Shown: positions 19,058 to 29,293 of the stretch, piece by piece | Layout: the number at the start of each line of letters is the position of its first letter | Position numbering within the stretch: the stretch's first letter is position 1 | DNA from: Clostridia bacterium | GTDB lineage: Bacteria; Bacillota; Clostridia; Christensenellales; Pumilibacteraceae | Direction: 5' to 3' | Length of the DNA stretch: 64,000 nt | Assembly: GCA_022791055.1 (NCBI GenBank) | Contig: JAAVYI010000022.1 | Coordinates: 4,280 to 68,279 of the forward strand | Translations under genes and position numbers: made by a program | The notes under the pieces: model-generated | What the model saw: only the letters and a program-made list of their open reading frames with translations | Told to the model about the DNA's origin: nothing | The model's database searches: none

Positions 19058-19570
19058 ATGGCTAAACGTGAACGTGAAGAATTAAAGCCGGATGACGGCA
19101 TTAAAAGTAAGTTAGTCGCCGTCAACCGCATCACTAAGGTTGTCAAGGGCGGCCGCAATATGCGCTTTTCGGCGCTCGTGGTCGTCGGCGACGGCAACGG
19201 CGGCGTAGGTATCGCTATGGCGAAAGCGGCCGAAGTTCCCGAGGCGATCAAAAAGGCCGAAGGACTGGCGCGCAAGAACATGATCCGCGTACCTCTGACC
19301 GAGTTCTCCATTCCGCACGAGACCGAAGGCGTGTTCGGCAAGAGCAAGGTGCTGATGCGCCCCGCTCCCGAGGGTACCGGCGTTATCGCCGGCGGCAGCG
19401 TCCGCGCGGTCGTCGAGTTGGCCGGCGTGAAGAACATCACCACCAAGAGTTACGGCTCCCGCAACCCCATCAACACGGTCAAAGCGGCGCTCGAAGGACT
19501 GAAGTCCCTGCGCAGCCCCGAACAGGTGGCGGCTTTGCGCGGCAAGACCGTCGAAGAAATTATAGGGTAG
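19058..19570 (+). CDS. rpsE: 30S ribosomal protein S5.
   Basis: 170 aa, family match. Confidence 0.97.
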   Translation: MAKREREELKPDDGIKSKLVAVNRITKVVKGGRNMRFSALVVVGDGNGGVGIAMAKAAEVPEAIKKAEGLARKNMIRVPLTEFSIPHETEGVFGKSKVLMRPAPEGTGVIAGGSVRAVVELAGVKNITTKSYGSRNPINTVKAALEGLKSLRSPEQVAALRGKTVEEIIG

Positions 19571-19577
19571 GTGCGAT

Positions 19578-19784
19578 ATGGCTGAGAAGAAAGTTAAGAC
19601 CCAGGGCAAACAGCTCAAGGTCACGCTGGTAAAGAGCACCATCGGCTGCTTGGAAAAGCAAAAGCGTACCGTCGAGGCTTTGGGATTAAAGAAGATCCGC
19701 TCGTGCAAGGTCCACAACGACACGCCCGCCATTCGCGGCATGATATTTGTGGTGAAACACTTGGTAACGGTCGAAGAACTCTAG
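19578..19784 (+). CDS. rpmD: 50S ribosomal protein L30.
   Basis: 68 aa, family match, operon position. Confidence 0.9.
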   Translation: MAEKKVKTQGKQLKVTLVKSTIGCLEKQKRTVEALGLKKIRSCKVHNDTPAIRGMIFVVKHLVTVEEL

Positions 19785-19837
19785 TTTTGGAAAAGCATAC
19801 ATCGCGGGATACTGCGTCAGGCGGCGCGTTTTCGCGG

Positions 19838-19900
19838 GCCATGTACGAAAAAGTACACTCCCCGTCGAAAACGCACCACCTTCCTTGTCTGCCGCGCGTC
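19838..19900. repeat. Intergenic repeat element inserted between rpmD and rplO, related to the tandem repeat at 34.8 kb.
   Basis: Shares CATGTACG-N3-AAGTACACTCCCCGTCG...TTCCTTGTCT with 34827..34870. The rpmD-rplO gap is an unusual 170 nt. Confidence 0.6.
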
Positions 19901-19953
19901 TGCTTTCCCAAAATCGGGATTTCCCCAATTAGAGAATGGAGGATAACAATAAT

Positions 19954-20397
19954 ATGAGAATAGACGAATTATCGCCGGCACCCGGCGCGCGTACCGCTCC
20001 CAAGAGATTGGGGCGCGGCATCGGTTCGGGACTGGGCAAAACTTCCGGTAAAGGCCACAAAGGCCAGTGGGCGAGAAGCGGCGGCGGCGTTCGCGTCGGA
20101 TTCGAGGGCGGTCAAATGCCCCTCGCGCGCAGATTGCCCAAGACCGGTTTCGACAACGCATGGAAAAAGGTTTATTCGACGGTCAACGTCGACGCGCTCA
20201 ATGCGTTTGACGACGGCGCGGTCGTGACTGCCGAGGCATGTCTCGAAAAAGGCATTCTGTCCAAGATCGAGCCGTACGGTTTGAAAGTTTTGGGCGACGG
20301 CGAGCTGACCAAGAAGTTGACGGTCAAAGCAAGCAAATTCACAAAATCCGCGGCCGAAAAAATCGGCAAAGCGGGCGGAACCACCGAGGTACTGTAA
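19954..20397 (+). CDS. rplO: 50S ribosomal protein L15.
   Basis: Start chosen at [11 protein letters not shown] with RBS GGAGGA. 147 aa, Gly-rich L15 signature. Confidence 0.95.
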   Translation: MRIDELSPAPGARTAPKRLGRGIGSGLGKTSGKGHKGQWARSGGGVRVGFEGGQMPLARRLPKTGFDNAWKKVYSTVNVDALNAFDDGAVVTAEACLEKGILSKIEPYGLKVLGDGELTKKLTVKASKFTKSAAEKIGKAGGTTEVL

Positions 20398-21702
20398 ATG
20401 TTTCAGACATTGGTCAATGCCTTCAAGAACAAAGAAGTAAGAACGAAAATTCTTATTACGCTGGGGCTTCTGCTGATTTATCGGTTGGGGTGCTGGCTTC
20501 CTGTTCCGGGCATCAGCGCAAGTTGGTACGGAGACTCGCAGCAGAACGATACATTCCTCGGCCTGCTGTCGGCGATCACGGGCGGCGCGTTGCAAAACGG
20601 CGCATTCCTCGCTATCGGTATCTCTCCGTATATCAATGCGTCCATTATCGTCCAGCTCCTTACCATTGCGATCCCGAAGTTGGAGCAGTGGTCCAAGCAG
20701 GGCGATGAGGGCCGGAAAAAGATCACAAACGTGACCCGCTATCTGACGCTCGTGCTGGCGGTCGCGCAAGCAACCGGCATTGTCGTCAGTTGCGCGCAAT
20801 CGAACGGCATTTCCAACGCATTCTTCGGCGGCAATACGCCGGTGTGGCTGATCGGTATTTTCGTAGCGGTCATGTTGGTTGCCGGCTCGATGTTCACCAT
20901 GTGGCTGGGCGAGCGCATCACCGATTACGGCGTCGGCAACGGCATTTCGCTTTTGATCTTCGTCGGTATTTTGGCCAGCGCCGGACAAGCGATCCTCAGC
21001 ATCATCATGCAGATCCCTTCCGACGCGACGGGCGTCAAGATTTGGGAACTGATCGGTTTCCTTCTCATGGTCGTGTTCGTGTTCGCGTTCATCGTGTTCG
21101 TCGACCTGGCCGAACGCCGCGTGCCCATTCAGTACGCCAAGCAGGTCAAAGGCCGCAAGATGTACGGCGGGCAGTCGACCAATATCCCTATTAAGGTCAA
21201 CGCCGCGGGCGTGTTGCCGATCATCTTTGCAACGGCAATTTGGACGTTCCCGCAGCTCATTATGTCGATGTTCTGGCCGAACACCGCATTCTACGGTTGG
21301 TGGATGCGTTGGATGGGAACGGGAACGCCGATCTATTCGGTCGTCGTCGGTCTGTTGATCTTCGCATTCAGCTACTTCTATGCGCAGATCCAGTTCAACC
21401 CCGAAGAGGTTGCGCGCAATATCCAACAGTACGGCGGCTTTATCCCCGGCATTCGCCCCGGTAAGCCGACCGCCGACCACTTGTCCAAAATCAGCAAGCG
21501 CTTGACGTTCTTCGGCGCGCTGTTCCTGGCGATCATCGCAATCGTGCCTTCGGTCATCTTTGCCTTAGTACTCGAAAATGCGTCCTTGATCAACGCCTTC
21601 AGCGCAACCGGTATGCTGATCGTCGTCTCCGTCGCGCTCGAGTTCGATAAGCAGCTTGAGTCGTTGTTGATGATGAAGCAGTATAAGGGATTCTTGAAGT
21701 AA
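20398..21702 (+). CDS. secY: Preprotein translocase subunit SecY.
   Basis: 434 aa, 10 TM helices, conserved SecY motifs; immediately follows rplO. Confidence 0.97.
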   Translation: MFQTLVNAFKNKEVRTKILITLGLLLIYRLGCWLPVPGISASWYGDSQQNDTFLGLLSAITGGALQNGAFLAIGISPYINASIIVQLLTIAIPKLEQWSKQGDEGRKKITNVTRYLTLVLAVAQATGIVVSCAQSNGISNAFFGGNTPVWLIGIFVAVMLVAGSMFTMWLGERITDYGVGNGISLLIFVGILASAGQAILSIIMQIPSDATGVKIWELIGFLLMVVFVFAFIVFVDLAERRVPIQYAKQVKGRKMYGGQSTNIPIKVNAAGVLPIIFATAIWTFPQLIMSMFWPNTAFYGWWMRWMGTGTPIYSVVVGLLIFAFSYFYAQIQFNPEEVARNIQQYGGFIPGIRPGKPTADHLSKISKRLTFFGALFLAIIAIVPSVIFALVLENASLINAFSATGMLIVVSVALEFDKQLESLLMMKQYKGFLK

Positions 21703-21715
21703 GAAAGATTGCGTT

Positions 21716-21990
21716 TGACGGCATATAGCGGCACGTTAAGCCGCTACGTGTGCACGGTCGACTTAAGTCAGTACGAGGAAGTACGCGCCTAAGCCGACCG
21801 CGCACCTGTTGCGGCTTACCGCACCACTCTCTGCCGTCGATAGCAACCCTGTCATTGCGAGCGAAAGCGAAGCGATCTGAAACGGCGGAAACGAATTGCG
21901 CCGGCGGGCGGCCGCTTGCCGCCGCAGGGAGCGACACCGCAAACCGTGTACACGTCATTGCGAGCGAAAGCGAAGCAATCGGAAGCGGCA
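21716..21990. repeat. Composite intergenic repeat region between secY and adk.
   Basis: A 135-bp unit (21716..21850) is related to 1716..1880. Two 27-bp direct copies GTCATTGCGAGCGAAAGCGAAGC(G/A)ATC lie at 21851 and 21954, and a degenerate relative lies at 63374. Confidence 0.6.
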
Positions 21991-22065
21991 GAGCGTGAGA
22001 CGAAAAGAAAGAATATAGCTTAAAGTTTTTTGCTTACTTTTTTTCAAAAAAGTAAGGGAGGTAGT

Positions 22066-22683
22066 ATGAAAATACTGTTACTCGGCGCACCGGGTGCGGG
22101 TAAGGGAACACAAGCCTCGCAGATCGCGGTCAAGTACAACATTCCGCACATCTCGACGGGCGACATCTTCCGCAAAAACATCAAGGAAGGCACGCCGATC
22201 GGCTTGAAAGCCAAGGGCTACATCGACAAAGGCCAGTTGGTGCCCGACGAAGTGACCTGCGAAATGGTTGCCGACCGACTCGCCCAAGCCGACTGCGCGA
22301 ACGGGTATTTGCTCGACGGATTCCCGCGCAACCTGTTCCAAGCCGAACAGCTTGCGAAAATTTCCACACTCGACACGGTGATCAACATCGACGTTGACCT
22401 CAGCGCACTCGAGGCGCGTATCACCGGCCGTCGGGTTTGCCCCAAGTGCGGGGAAAGCTACCACGTTACGACCAAGACCGACGACAAATGCGACAAGTGC
22501 GGCGAAACGCTCATCCAGCGCGACGACGACAAGCCCGCGACCGTGCAGTCGAGACTGGAAGTATATAAAGCGCAGACCGAACCGCTGATTGCGTATTACT
22601 CCGAAAAGGGAATACTCAAAACGGTGGACGGTATGCAGTCGATCGCCGATGTGTTCGGCGACATCGTCAAGGTACTGGGATGA
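22066..22683 (+). CDS. adk: Adenylate kinase (zinc-lid type).
   Basis: RBS AAGGGAGG. GAPGAGKGTQ P-loop. Lid CPKCG...CDKCG. Confidence 0.95.
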   Translation: MKILLLGAPGAGKGTQASQIAVKYNIPHISTGDIFRKNIKEGTPIGLKAKGYIDKGQLVPDEVTCEMVADRLAQADCANGYLLDGFPRNLFQAEQLAKISTLDTVINIDVDLSALEARITGRRVCPKCGESYHVTTKTDDKCDKCGETLIQRDDDKPATVQSRLEVYKAQTEPLIAYYSEKGILKTVDGMQSIADVFGDIVKVLG

Positions 22684-23426
22684 TCGCCGTAAGAAAGCCT
22701 GCCGAACTCGAAAAGATGCGCAAGGCCAACAAAGTGGTAGGCGACGCGCTCCGTATGATCGAACAGTACGTTCGTCCGGGCGTCACCACCATGGAGCTGA
22801 ACGCCATTTTGGAAGAGTTCATTGTGGCCGCCGGCGCAAAGCCTTCGTTCAAGAACTATCACGGTTTCCCGGCCGCAAGCTGTATGTCGATCGATGAGGT
22901 TGTCGTACACGGAATCCCGTCGCTTAGGGTACTGAAAGAGGGCGAGATTCTGTCGGTAGACGTCGGCGCGATCGTCGAGGGCTACCACGGCGACGCCGCC
23001 AGAACGTTCCCGGTCGGTAAGATCTCGGCCGAAAAACAGCGATTGATCGACGTCACGCGCGAAAGTTTCTTCGAAGGCATCAAAGAGGTGCGCGCAGGTC
23101 GCCGCTTAGGGGATCTGTCCCACGCGATACAGGCCTACGTCGAAGCGCACGGCTACAGCGTGGTGCGCGAGATGACCGGACACGGCATCGGGCGCAATAT
23201 GCACGAGGATCCCTCGATCCCCAACTACGGCGCAGCCGGCAGCGGGCCGCTGCTCAAAGCGGGGTACTGCTTGGCGATCGAGCCGATGGTCAATATGGGC
23301 AAGTACCATATCGAGATCGACAGCCTCGACGGTTGGACGTGTCGGGCGCGCGACGGGCAACCTTCCGCGCATTACGAAAACACGGTCATCGTCACCGACG
23401 GCGACGCGGAAATACTCACGTTGTGA
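22680..23426 (+). CDS. map: Type I methionine aminopeptidase.
   Basis: 248 aa, conserved metal-binding residues, overlaps the adk stop. Confidence 0.95.
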   Translation: MIAVRKPAELEKMRKANKVVGDALRMIEQYVRPGVTTMELNAILEEFIVAAGAKPSFKNYHGFPAASCMSIDEVVVHGIPSLRVLKEGEILSVDVGAIVEGYHGDAARTFPVGKISAEKQRLIDVTRESFFEGIKEVRAGRRLGDLSHAIQAYVEAHGYSVVREMTGHGIGRNMHEDPSIPNYGAAGSGPLLKAGYCLAIEPMVNMGKYHIEIDSLDGWTCRARDGQPSAHYENTVIVTDGDAEILTL

Positions 23427-23433
23427 GGGGCGT

Positions 23434-23676
23434 ATGGAACTGGGCAAAAACGCGGTTGTGATCAGCCGCATGGGACATGACGCCGGGCGCGTGTACGTAG
23501 TGACCGCGCGGGTCAACGAGGACTTCGTGTTGGTGGTCGACGGAAAGCACCGCAAGCTCGACAACCCAAAGCTCAAACGTGTCAAACACGTCAAGCCGGT
23601 GGGCGAGAGCGACGTGCTGGATCGGGTCAAGACCGATACGGAATTACACAAGGCTTTGAGAAATTTCGGATTATAG
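23434..23676 (+). CDS. Small KOW-domain protein (typical Clostridial gene between map and infA).
   Basis: 80 aa with a GKxxVVV-type KOW motif ([20 protein letters not shown]). Confidence 0.7.
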   Translation: MELGKNAVVISRMGHDAGRVYVVTARVNEDFVLVVDGKHRKLDNPKLKRVKHVKPVGESDVLDRVKTDTELHKALRNFGL

Positions 23677-23684
23677 GAGGATGT

Positions 23685-23906
23685 ATGCCGAAGGACGACA
23701 ACATTGAAGCGGAAGGCGTCGTAATCGAGTGCCTGAGAAACGCAATGTTCAAGGTCAGACTGGCCAACGGTCATATCGTCACGTGTACCATTTCGGGTAA
23801 GATCCGTATGCACTACATCAAGATTCTTGAGGGTGATACGGTCAAGCTGGAAATGTCCCCGTATGATATAACCAAGGGGCGCATCACATACAGAAACAAG
23901 ACTTAA
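23685..23906 (+). CDS. infA: Translation initiation factor IF-1.
   Basis: 73 aa, S1-like OB fold, strong family match. Confidence 0.97.
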   Translation: MPKDDNIEAEGVVIECLRNAMFKVRLANGHIVTCTISGKIRMHYIKILEGDTVKLEMSPYDITKGRITYRNKT

Positions 23907-23973
23907 AGCGGGTAACAATGCGAGCGCGGGAAACCGACGTTCGGAGACTAAAACAGGTTTAAGGAGAATCATT

Positions 23974-24090
23974 ATGAAAGTACGTACTTCGGTCAAACCC
24001 ATGTGCGACAAATGCAAGGTCATCAAGCGGCACGGCAAAGTGATGGTGATATGCTCGAAATATCCCAACCACAAGCAGCGGCAAGGGTAA
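23974..24090 (+). CDS. rpmJ: 50S ribosomal protein L36 (zinc-ribbon form).
   Basis: Not in the ORF track (38 aa). [38 protein letters not shown] with RBS AAGGAGA. Confidence 0.93.
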   Translation: MKVRTSVKPMCDKCKVIKRHGKVMVICSKYPNHKQRQG

Positions 24091-24186
24091 CAATTCCGTT
24101 AATCCGTTTTGCGGCAGCATTCCAGGCCGAAAAGCGGGGCAACGTAAGATAGATACATTCAATTCAATTCGATAAGGAGAATCATT

Positions 24187-24561
24187 GTGGCAAGAATAGC
24201 CGGCGTTGATTTGCCCAGAGAGAAGCGCGTGGAAATCGGCCTGACCTACATCTACGGCATCGGAAGACCTCTGAGCAACAAAATTTTGAAAGAAACGGGC
24301 ATCAGCCCCGACATTCGGGTCAAAGACCTGACCGAGGAGCAGGAAGGCAAGCTGCGCAACTACATCGAGCATAACATTATGATCGAGGGCGACTTGCACC
24401 GCGAAGTGGCGCTCAACATCAAGCGCTTGATGGAAATCGGTTGCTACCGCGGCGTCCGTCATCGTAAGGGACTGCCTGTCCGCGGACAAAGCACCAAGCA
24501 GAACGCGCGCACGCGCAAAGGGCCTAAGCGCACCGTCGGGCGCGCCAAAAAGGCGAAGTAG
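24187..24561 (+). CDS. rpsM: 30S ribosomal protein S13 (GTG start).
   Basis: 124 aa, [10 protein letters not shown]-terminus, RBS AAGGAGA. Confidence 0.96.
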   Translation: MARIAGVDLPREKRVEIGLTYIYGIGRPLSNKILKETGISPDIRVKDLTEEQEGKLRNYIEHNIMIEGDLHREVALNIKRLMEIGCYRGVRHRKGLPVRGQSTKQNARTRKGPKRTVGRAKKAK

Positions 24562-24573
24562 GAGTGTTGAGAT

Positions 24574-24960
24574 ATGGCAGTGAAGAAAACCGGAAGAAAA
24601 AAGGTTACCAAGAATATCGATAAAGGGCAGGTGCATATCCAGGCGTCGTTTAACAACACCTTGATCACCTTCACCGATACCGCCGGCAACGCGATCTGCG
24701 CTTGCAGCGCGGGCGCGCTCGGTTTCCGCGGCTCGCGTAAGTCGACGCCGTTCGCCGCGCAGCAGGCTTGCGAAAAGGCCGCTTTGGTCGCTAAGGACCA
24801 GGGGCTTAGAAGCGTAGACGTGTTCGTAAAGGGTCCGGGCGCCGGCCGTGAATCGGCTATCCGCGCGCTCGAGGTCGTCGGCCTTGCCGTTACGTCGATC
24901 ACCGACGTCAGCCCCATTGCGCACAACGGTTGCAGACCGCCCAAGCGCAGAAGAGTTTAA
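24574..24960 (+). CDS. rpsK: 30S ribosomal protein S11.
   Basis: 128 aa, family match. Confidence 0.97.
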   Translation: MAVKKTGRKKVTKNIDKGQVHIQASFNNTLITFTDTAGNAICACSAGALGFRGSRKSTPFAAQQACEKAALVAKDQGLRSVDVFVKGPGAGRESAIRALEVVGLAVTSITDVSPIAHNGCRPPKRRRV

Positions 24961-24972
24961 GGAGAGTACGAT

Positions 24973-25593
24973 ATGGCTAAGAATACTTGCAACGATTGCA
25001 GACAGTGCCGTCGCGAAGGGCAGAAGTTGTTTTTGAAAGGCGACCGGTGCACCACCAAAAAGTGCGCCATGGACCGCCGTCCCGTTCCTCCCGGACAGCA
25101 CGGGCAGGGCAGAAAGAAGGTTTCCGAGTACGGCTTGCAGCTACGCGAAAAGCAAAAGACCAAGCGCGCTTACGGGCTACTCGAAAAGCAGTTCCATAAG
25201 TACTACGAAGAGGCCGAGCGCATGAAAGGCGTTACCGGCGAGAACATGCTCTCGCTGATCGAGCGCCGCCTCGACAACGTCGTGTACCGTATGGGGATCG
25301 GTTCGTCCCGGCCGCAGTCGAGACAGATCGTCAACCACGGACATATCACCGTCAACGGAAAGCCCGTCAACATTCCCAGCTACCAGGTCAAACCCGGCGA
25401 CGAGATCGGCATCAAGGAATCCAAGACGGATAACACACTCTTTAAAGAATTACGCGGCGCGAAGATTGTTATGCCCAAGTGGGTCGAGTTCGACACCGAA
25501 TCCTTCAAGGGCAAAATTATCGATATACCCAAGCGTGAGGACATCGACCTCAACATCAACGAACAGCTGATCATCGAGTTGTATTCGAAGTAA
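24973..25593 (+). CDS. rpsD: 30S ribosomal protein S4 (zinc-finger form).
   Basis: 206 aa. N-terminal CNDCRQC...CTTKKC. S4 domain. Confidence 0.96.
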   Translation: MAKNTCNDCRQCRREGQKLFLKGDRCTTKKCAMDRRPVPPGQHGQGRKKVSEYGLQLREKQKTKRAYGLLEKQFHKYYEEAERMKGVTGENMLSLIERRLDNVVYRMGIGSSRPQSRQIVNHGHITVNGKPVNIPSYQVKPGDEIGIKESKTDNTLFKELRGAKIVMPKWVEFDTESFKGKIIDIPKREDIDLNINEQLIIELYSK

Positions 25594-25644
25594 TCGTTTT
25601 TTGGGGCGAAAAAGCCCTGCGATCATTTAAGGAGTAATTGAAAA

Positions 25645-26604
25645 TTGAATATGATGGAAATTGAAAAGCCCAGAATCACTCTCGAAGAGAGTACGGACGG
25701 CAGAAGCGGCAAGTTCGTCGTCGAGCCGCTCGAGCGCGGCTACGGCATCACGCTCGGTAACGCGATGCGGCGCGTGCTGTTGTCGGCGCTTCCCGGCACG
25801 GCCGTTGTGGGCATCAGCATAGAGGGCGTCAGCCACGAGTTTTCGACCATCAAGGGCGTCAAAGAGGACGTCGCCGAGATCATCTTGAACCTTAAGGGCT
25901 TGAATCTCAAGGCGAACTATTCCGACAAAACGCTCAAAAAGGTGCTGAAGATCGAGCGCACCGCGCCCGGCGTCGTCAAGGCTTCCGACATTCTCGACGA
26001 CCCCGAAATCGAGATTCTAAACCCCGATATGTACATCTGCACGATCGACGAGGGCGGACGGCTGATCATGAATCTGACCGTCGCGCGCGGCCGCGGTTAC
26101 GTGGTTGCCGAGGAGTTGAAAGATGCAACGCAGCCGATCGGATACATCCCCATCGACGCGATCTTCACGCCGGTCAAGGCCGCCAGCTACGCGGTCACGT
26201 CGACCCGCGTGGGGCAGAGCATCGACTACGATAAGCTGACGCTCGAAGTCAAGACCGACGGTTCGCTGTCGGCAAAGGACGTCGTCAGTCTCGCCGCCAA
26301 AGCGATCGAGGATCACATTCGTCTGTTCGTCAACCTGTCCGACGTCATCTCCGGTATGGATATACTGGTGACGCGCGACGAGGACAAACAGCAAAAGGTT
26401 CTCGAAATGAATATCGAGGACATGGATCTGTCGGTCAGAAGTTACAACTGCTTGAAACGCGCCGGCATCCATACCGTCGAGGACTTGACCAAGAAGTCCG
26501 AGGACGATATGCTCAAAGTTCGCAATCTGGGAAGAAAGTCGCTCGACGAAGTGATCGGCAAGCTACGTAGCTACGGCCTGGATCTCAAGAGCAACGAAGA
26601 ATAA
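25645..26604 (+). CDS. rpoA: DNA-directed RNA polymerase alpha subunit (start either TTG 25645 or ATG 25651).
   Basis: About 318 aa with the alpha NTD and CTD conserved. Confidence 0.95.
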   Translation: MNMMEIEKPRITLEESTDGRSGKFVVEPLERGYGITLGNAMRRVLLSALPGTAVVGISIEGVSHEFSTIKGVKEDVAEIILNLKGLNLKANYSDKTLKKVLKIERTAPGVVKASDILDDPEIEILNPDMYICTIDEGGRLIMNLTVARGRGYVVAEELKDATQPIGYIPIDAIFTPVKAASYAVTSTRVGQSIDYDKLTLEVKTDGSLSAKDVVSLAAKAIEDHIRLFVNLSDVISGMDILVTRDEDKQQKVLEMNIEDMDLSVRSYNCLKRAGIHTVEDLTKKSEDDMLKVRNLGRKSLDEVIGKLRSYGLDLKSNEE

Positions 26605-26617
26605 GAAGGAGTTTATT

Positions 26618-27139
26618 ATGGCACAGAGAAAATTGGCGAAGCCGACCGATCAAAGAATGGCGCTCCTGCGCGGCCAGGTCAGCGAGCTTTTGTGGCACGG
26701 CAGAATCGAGACCACCTACGACCGCGCCAAAGAGGTGCAGAAAATGGCGGAGAAGATTTTGACGGCCGCCATCAACAGCTATAAGGACACGGTCAAGGAA
26801 GTCGAGACCCGCAAACGCGTCGGCAAGAAAGGCGCTGTTGAGGAATACAAGTTGGAAGTTGTCAACGACGGCCCCAAAAAGCTGGCCGCTCGCCGCAAGA
26901 TCATGGGCGTGGTGTACGACATTCCCGAAACGCCTAAAGAGAACGAGTCCAAGACCTCGTTCCGCGAGCGTACCGCGCACGTGCGGCATCCGCTGATCGA
27001 AAAGATCTTCAACGAGTATGCGCCCAAATACGACGCCCGCGCCGAAGAACTGGGACAGAAAGGCGGCTATACGCGCGTATTGAAAATGGGATTCCGCCGC
27101 GGCGACAGCGCAGAACTCGCGCTCATCGAGTTGGTGTAA
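26618..27139 (+). CDS. rplQ: 50S ribosomal protein L17 (long form with internal insertion).
   Basis: 173 aa. L17 N- and C-terminal blocks are conserved. Confidence 0.93.
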   Translation: MAQRKLAKPTDQRMALLRGQVSELLWHGRIETTYDRAKEVQKMAEKILTAAINSYKDTVKEVETRKRVGKKGAVEEYKLEVVNDGPKKLAARRKIMGVVYDIPETPKENESKTSFRERTAHVRHPLIEKIFNEYAPKYDARAEELGQKGGYTRVLKMGFRRGDSAELALIELV

Positions 27140-27171
27140 TTCGCTTTAAACGTTAAAGTATAAACAACCAA

Positions 27172-27211
27172 AGGGAGAGACATGCTTTTTGCCGTGTCGC
27201 TCCCTTTTTGC
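27172..27211 (+). terminator. Rho-independent terminator ending the alpha operon.
   Basis: GGGAGAGACA-(12 nt)-TGTCGCTCCC followed by TTTTTG. Confidence 0.6.
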
Positions 27212-27494
27212 ATGTCCGACAGTATAATGCGGTGCGATATACGGAAAATTCATGTAGTACGCGCTACGGCAGGGACAGAGAAAGCGACAACACACGGAAC
27301 GGCACGACAAGGCGCATAGATAGGGAAACCCGACTTTGTAGCGGTCACCGCAAACAAGCATTACCGTTTTGCATGTGGCCGGTAAAAGTTATTCCGTTTT
27401 AAGACAAGCAAACCGCTTACGGTGTCGCTCTAAGGCGTAACGTCTAAGACGGCGCGGCGAACATTAGAATTTTGTTAGAAAAGCGAATAAAGCA

Positions 27495-27523
27495 TTGCTT
27501 TTTGTCGAAGGCTATGGTATACT
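27495..27523 (+). promoter_or_regulatory. Promoter TTGCTT-17-TATACT (extended -10 TGG) for the membrane-protein gene.
   Basis: Read from the sequence, about 35 nt upstream of the RBS GGAAGGAAA. Confidence 0.4.
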
Positions 27524-27559
27524 GAATTTGTAACATTCCGCTTTAAGGAAGGAAACATA

Positions 27560-28390
27560 ATGTTCGGCAAACATGAGGGATTCCACGGCCGCTCGTTCGG
27601 ACCGGCGCACATCGGGCTATTGCTTGTGACGTTGGGATTGACGGGACTGGCCGTGTATTTGACCCGAAAATGCAAACAAAAGACGATTCGGCGTCTATAT
27701 ATCGGCGCTTGCTGTTTTTTGGTCGTCTCCGAAATCATCAAATGGACGTGGGACGGCATGGTGCTTAAGCGCATCGACTTTGCTTCGACGCTGCCGATGT
27801 ACATATGCAGTATCACCATGTTTGTCATTCCGCTCGCTCTGCTTTGTAAGGGCAGCGTCCGACAGGCGGCGCTCGGGCATATTGCCACGCTCAACATTAT
27901 CGGCGCTGTGGCGGGCGTCGTGTTCTCGACCGTTATTTTAAAGTTTCCTTTCTTTCATCTCAACGTCATCAACAGCTTTTTATACCACGCCGTGCTGCTG
28001 TTCGTCGGCATCACCGCCTGGACAAGTAAGCTGTACCGCCCGACGGTCAAAGACCTCGGTCTGTTTTTCCTGCCGTGCCTGGTCATGGCGATCCCCGTGA
28101 TCGCTTGCGACATGCGTTTCGGCTGGGACTATATGTTTTTAAACAAGGGATTCGATACGCCGTTCAGCATTCTGTCGCGCGTTCTCCCGCAGCCGGTGTA
28201 TATCATGGTCATGCTGTTAGGATACTACGCCGTCACAGTCGCCCTGTTCTATATCCCGACGATCGTGCGCGCAGTACGGCATCGAGCGCGACCGATCGCA
28301 ACGCCCGAATCGCTTTGGGTAGAGGAGTCGAATGCGGCCACAGAGGAGATCGTCGCCGAAAAAGCGAATGCCGATTGCCGACAGGAATGA
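27560..28390 (+). CDS. Integral membrane protein, YwaF/TIGR02206-like.
   Basis: 276 aa, about 7 TM helices, no catalytic motif recognised. Confidence 0.45.
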   Translation: MFGKHEGFHGRSFGPAHIGLLLVTLGLTGLAVYLTRKCKQKTIRRLYIGACCFLVVSEIIKWTWDGMVLKRIDFASTLPMYICSITMFVIPLALLCKGSVRQAALGHIATLNIIGAVAGVVFSTVILKFPFFHLNVINSFLYHAVLLFVGITAWTSKLYRPTVKDLGLFFLPCLVMAIPVIACDMRFGWDYMFLNKGFDTPFSILSRVLPQPVYIMVMLLGYYAVTVALFYIPTIVRAVRHRARPIATPESLWVEESNAATEEIVAEKANADCRQE

Positions 28391-28442
28391 TAAAAAAGAA
28401 ATGCGACGGAGATCGGTCGCATTTTTTCTATAATAAGTTCTG

Positions 28443-29213
28443 TTATCCGAACGCCTCGACCGCCGACACAATGCGCAGCCGTTCTTCGTCCACATCGCTG
28501 CGGCCGTAAGCGTCGATGAACCGCCGTCGATAGGCGTCTGTTTGAAGATTACGGCGCAACGACCAAAGCGCCCAAAACAAATCGACATGCCGATCGCCGA
28601 TGCCGCCGTTGCCCACGTCGATCAAGCCGCCCAAACGCCAGTCGTCGAGAACGACATTCGGCAAACAAAAATCACCGTGTAAAAGCGTGCGCGTCTCCAG
28701 TGTATGCCCGTATTGCCGCACGACGTCCCAAGCCTGCGCGGCCGTGTCATAGCCGAACTGCGCGTCGAAATGCCTCGCGCGATAATTTTTTGCGGCCGCT
28801 TCGAGATAGCGGTGCGTGTGATTTTGGATCGGACAGGCCGCGCCGTCGAGATTGTGCAACTGCCGTAAGATTTGCGCCAACGTATCGCACAGCTGTTCGG
28901 GTCGCTCGATATATCGTTGAAACGTGCAATCATGCCCGCGCACTTTTCGGGTGACCAGCCAGTCGCGTTTTTCGGTGACGTAAGCGAGTACGGTCGCGCC
29001 CAAACCCAGGCGGCACATATAGCGTGTCATCGCCGCCTCGTTTGCGAGCGCGCCGGCCGCCGCCGACTTGACGAAAAACCCGTCGTCCCGATTGACAAAC
29101 AGTACGGTAGCGTCCGGCGAGCTACTGCTGTCGTATAGGTCGCCGCCGCACAGAAACGACCGAACCGCGACCGGGTAGACGGCAAGATCGATTTTCACGG
29201 GTTTTCGTTGCAT
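28443..29213 (-). CDS. APH-family phosphotransferase (aminoglycoside/small-molecule kinase fold).
   Basis: HGDFCLPNVVLDD...GLIDVGNGGIGDRHVDL matches the catalytic loop and DxG motif of APH(3')-like kinases. The start is set at MQRKPV, downstream of the DegV stop; the longer ORF would overlap DegV. Confidence 0.6.
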   Translation of the reverse strand: MQRKPVKIDLAVYPVAVRSFLCGGDLYDSSSSPDATVLFVNRDDGFFVKSAAAGALANEAAMTRYMCRLGLGATVLAYVTEKRDWLVTRKVRGHDCTFQRYIERPEQLCDTLAQILRQLHNLDGAACPIQNHTHRYLEAAAKNYRARHFDAQFGYDTAAQAWDVVRQYGHTLETRTLLHGDFCLPNVVLDDWRLGGLIDVGNGGIGDRHVDLFWALWSLRRNLQTDAYRRRFIDAYGRSDVDEERLRIVSAVEAFG

Positions 29214-29293
29214 ACGCACAGTATACAAAAGGAACGGAGAAAAGTCAATTAAAAGACCGCAACGTATGCCGTCGCGGTCTTTTACCGTTGCAT

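Noticed and set aside
19969-21480. 503-aa minus-strand ORF.
   Set aside because: Antisense to rplO/secY, which are unambiguous. The composition is Arg/Asp-rich with no domains.
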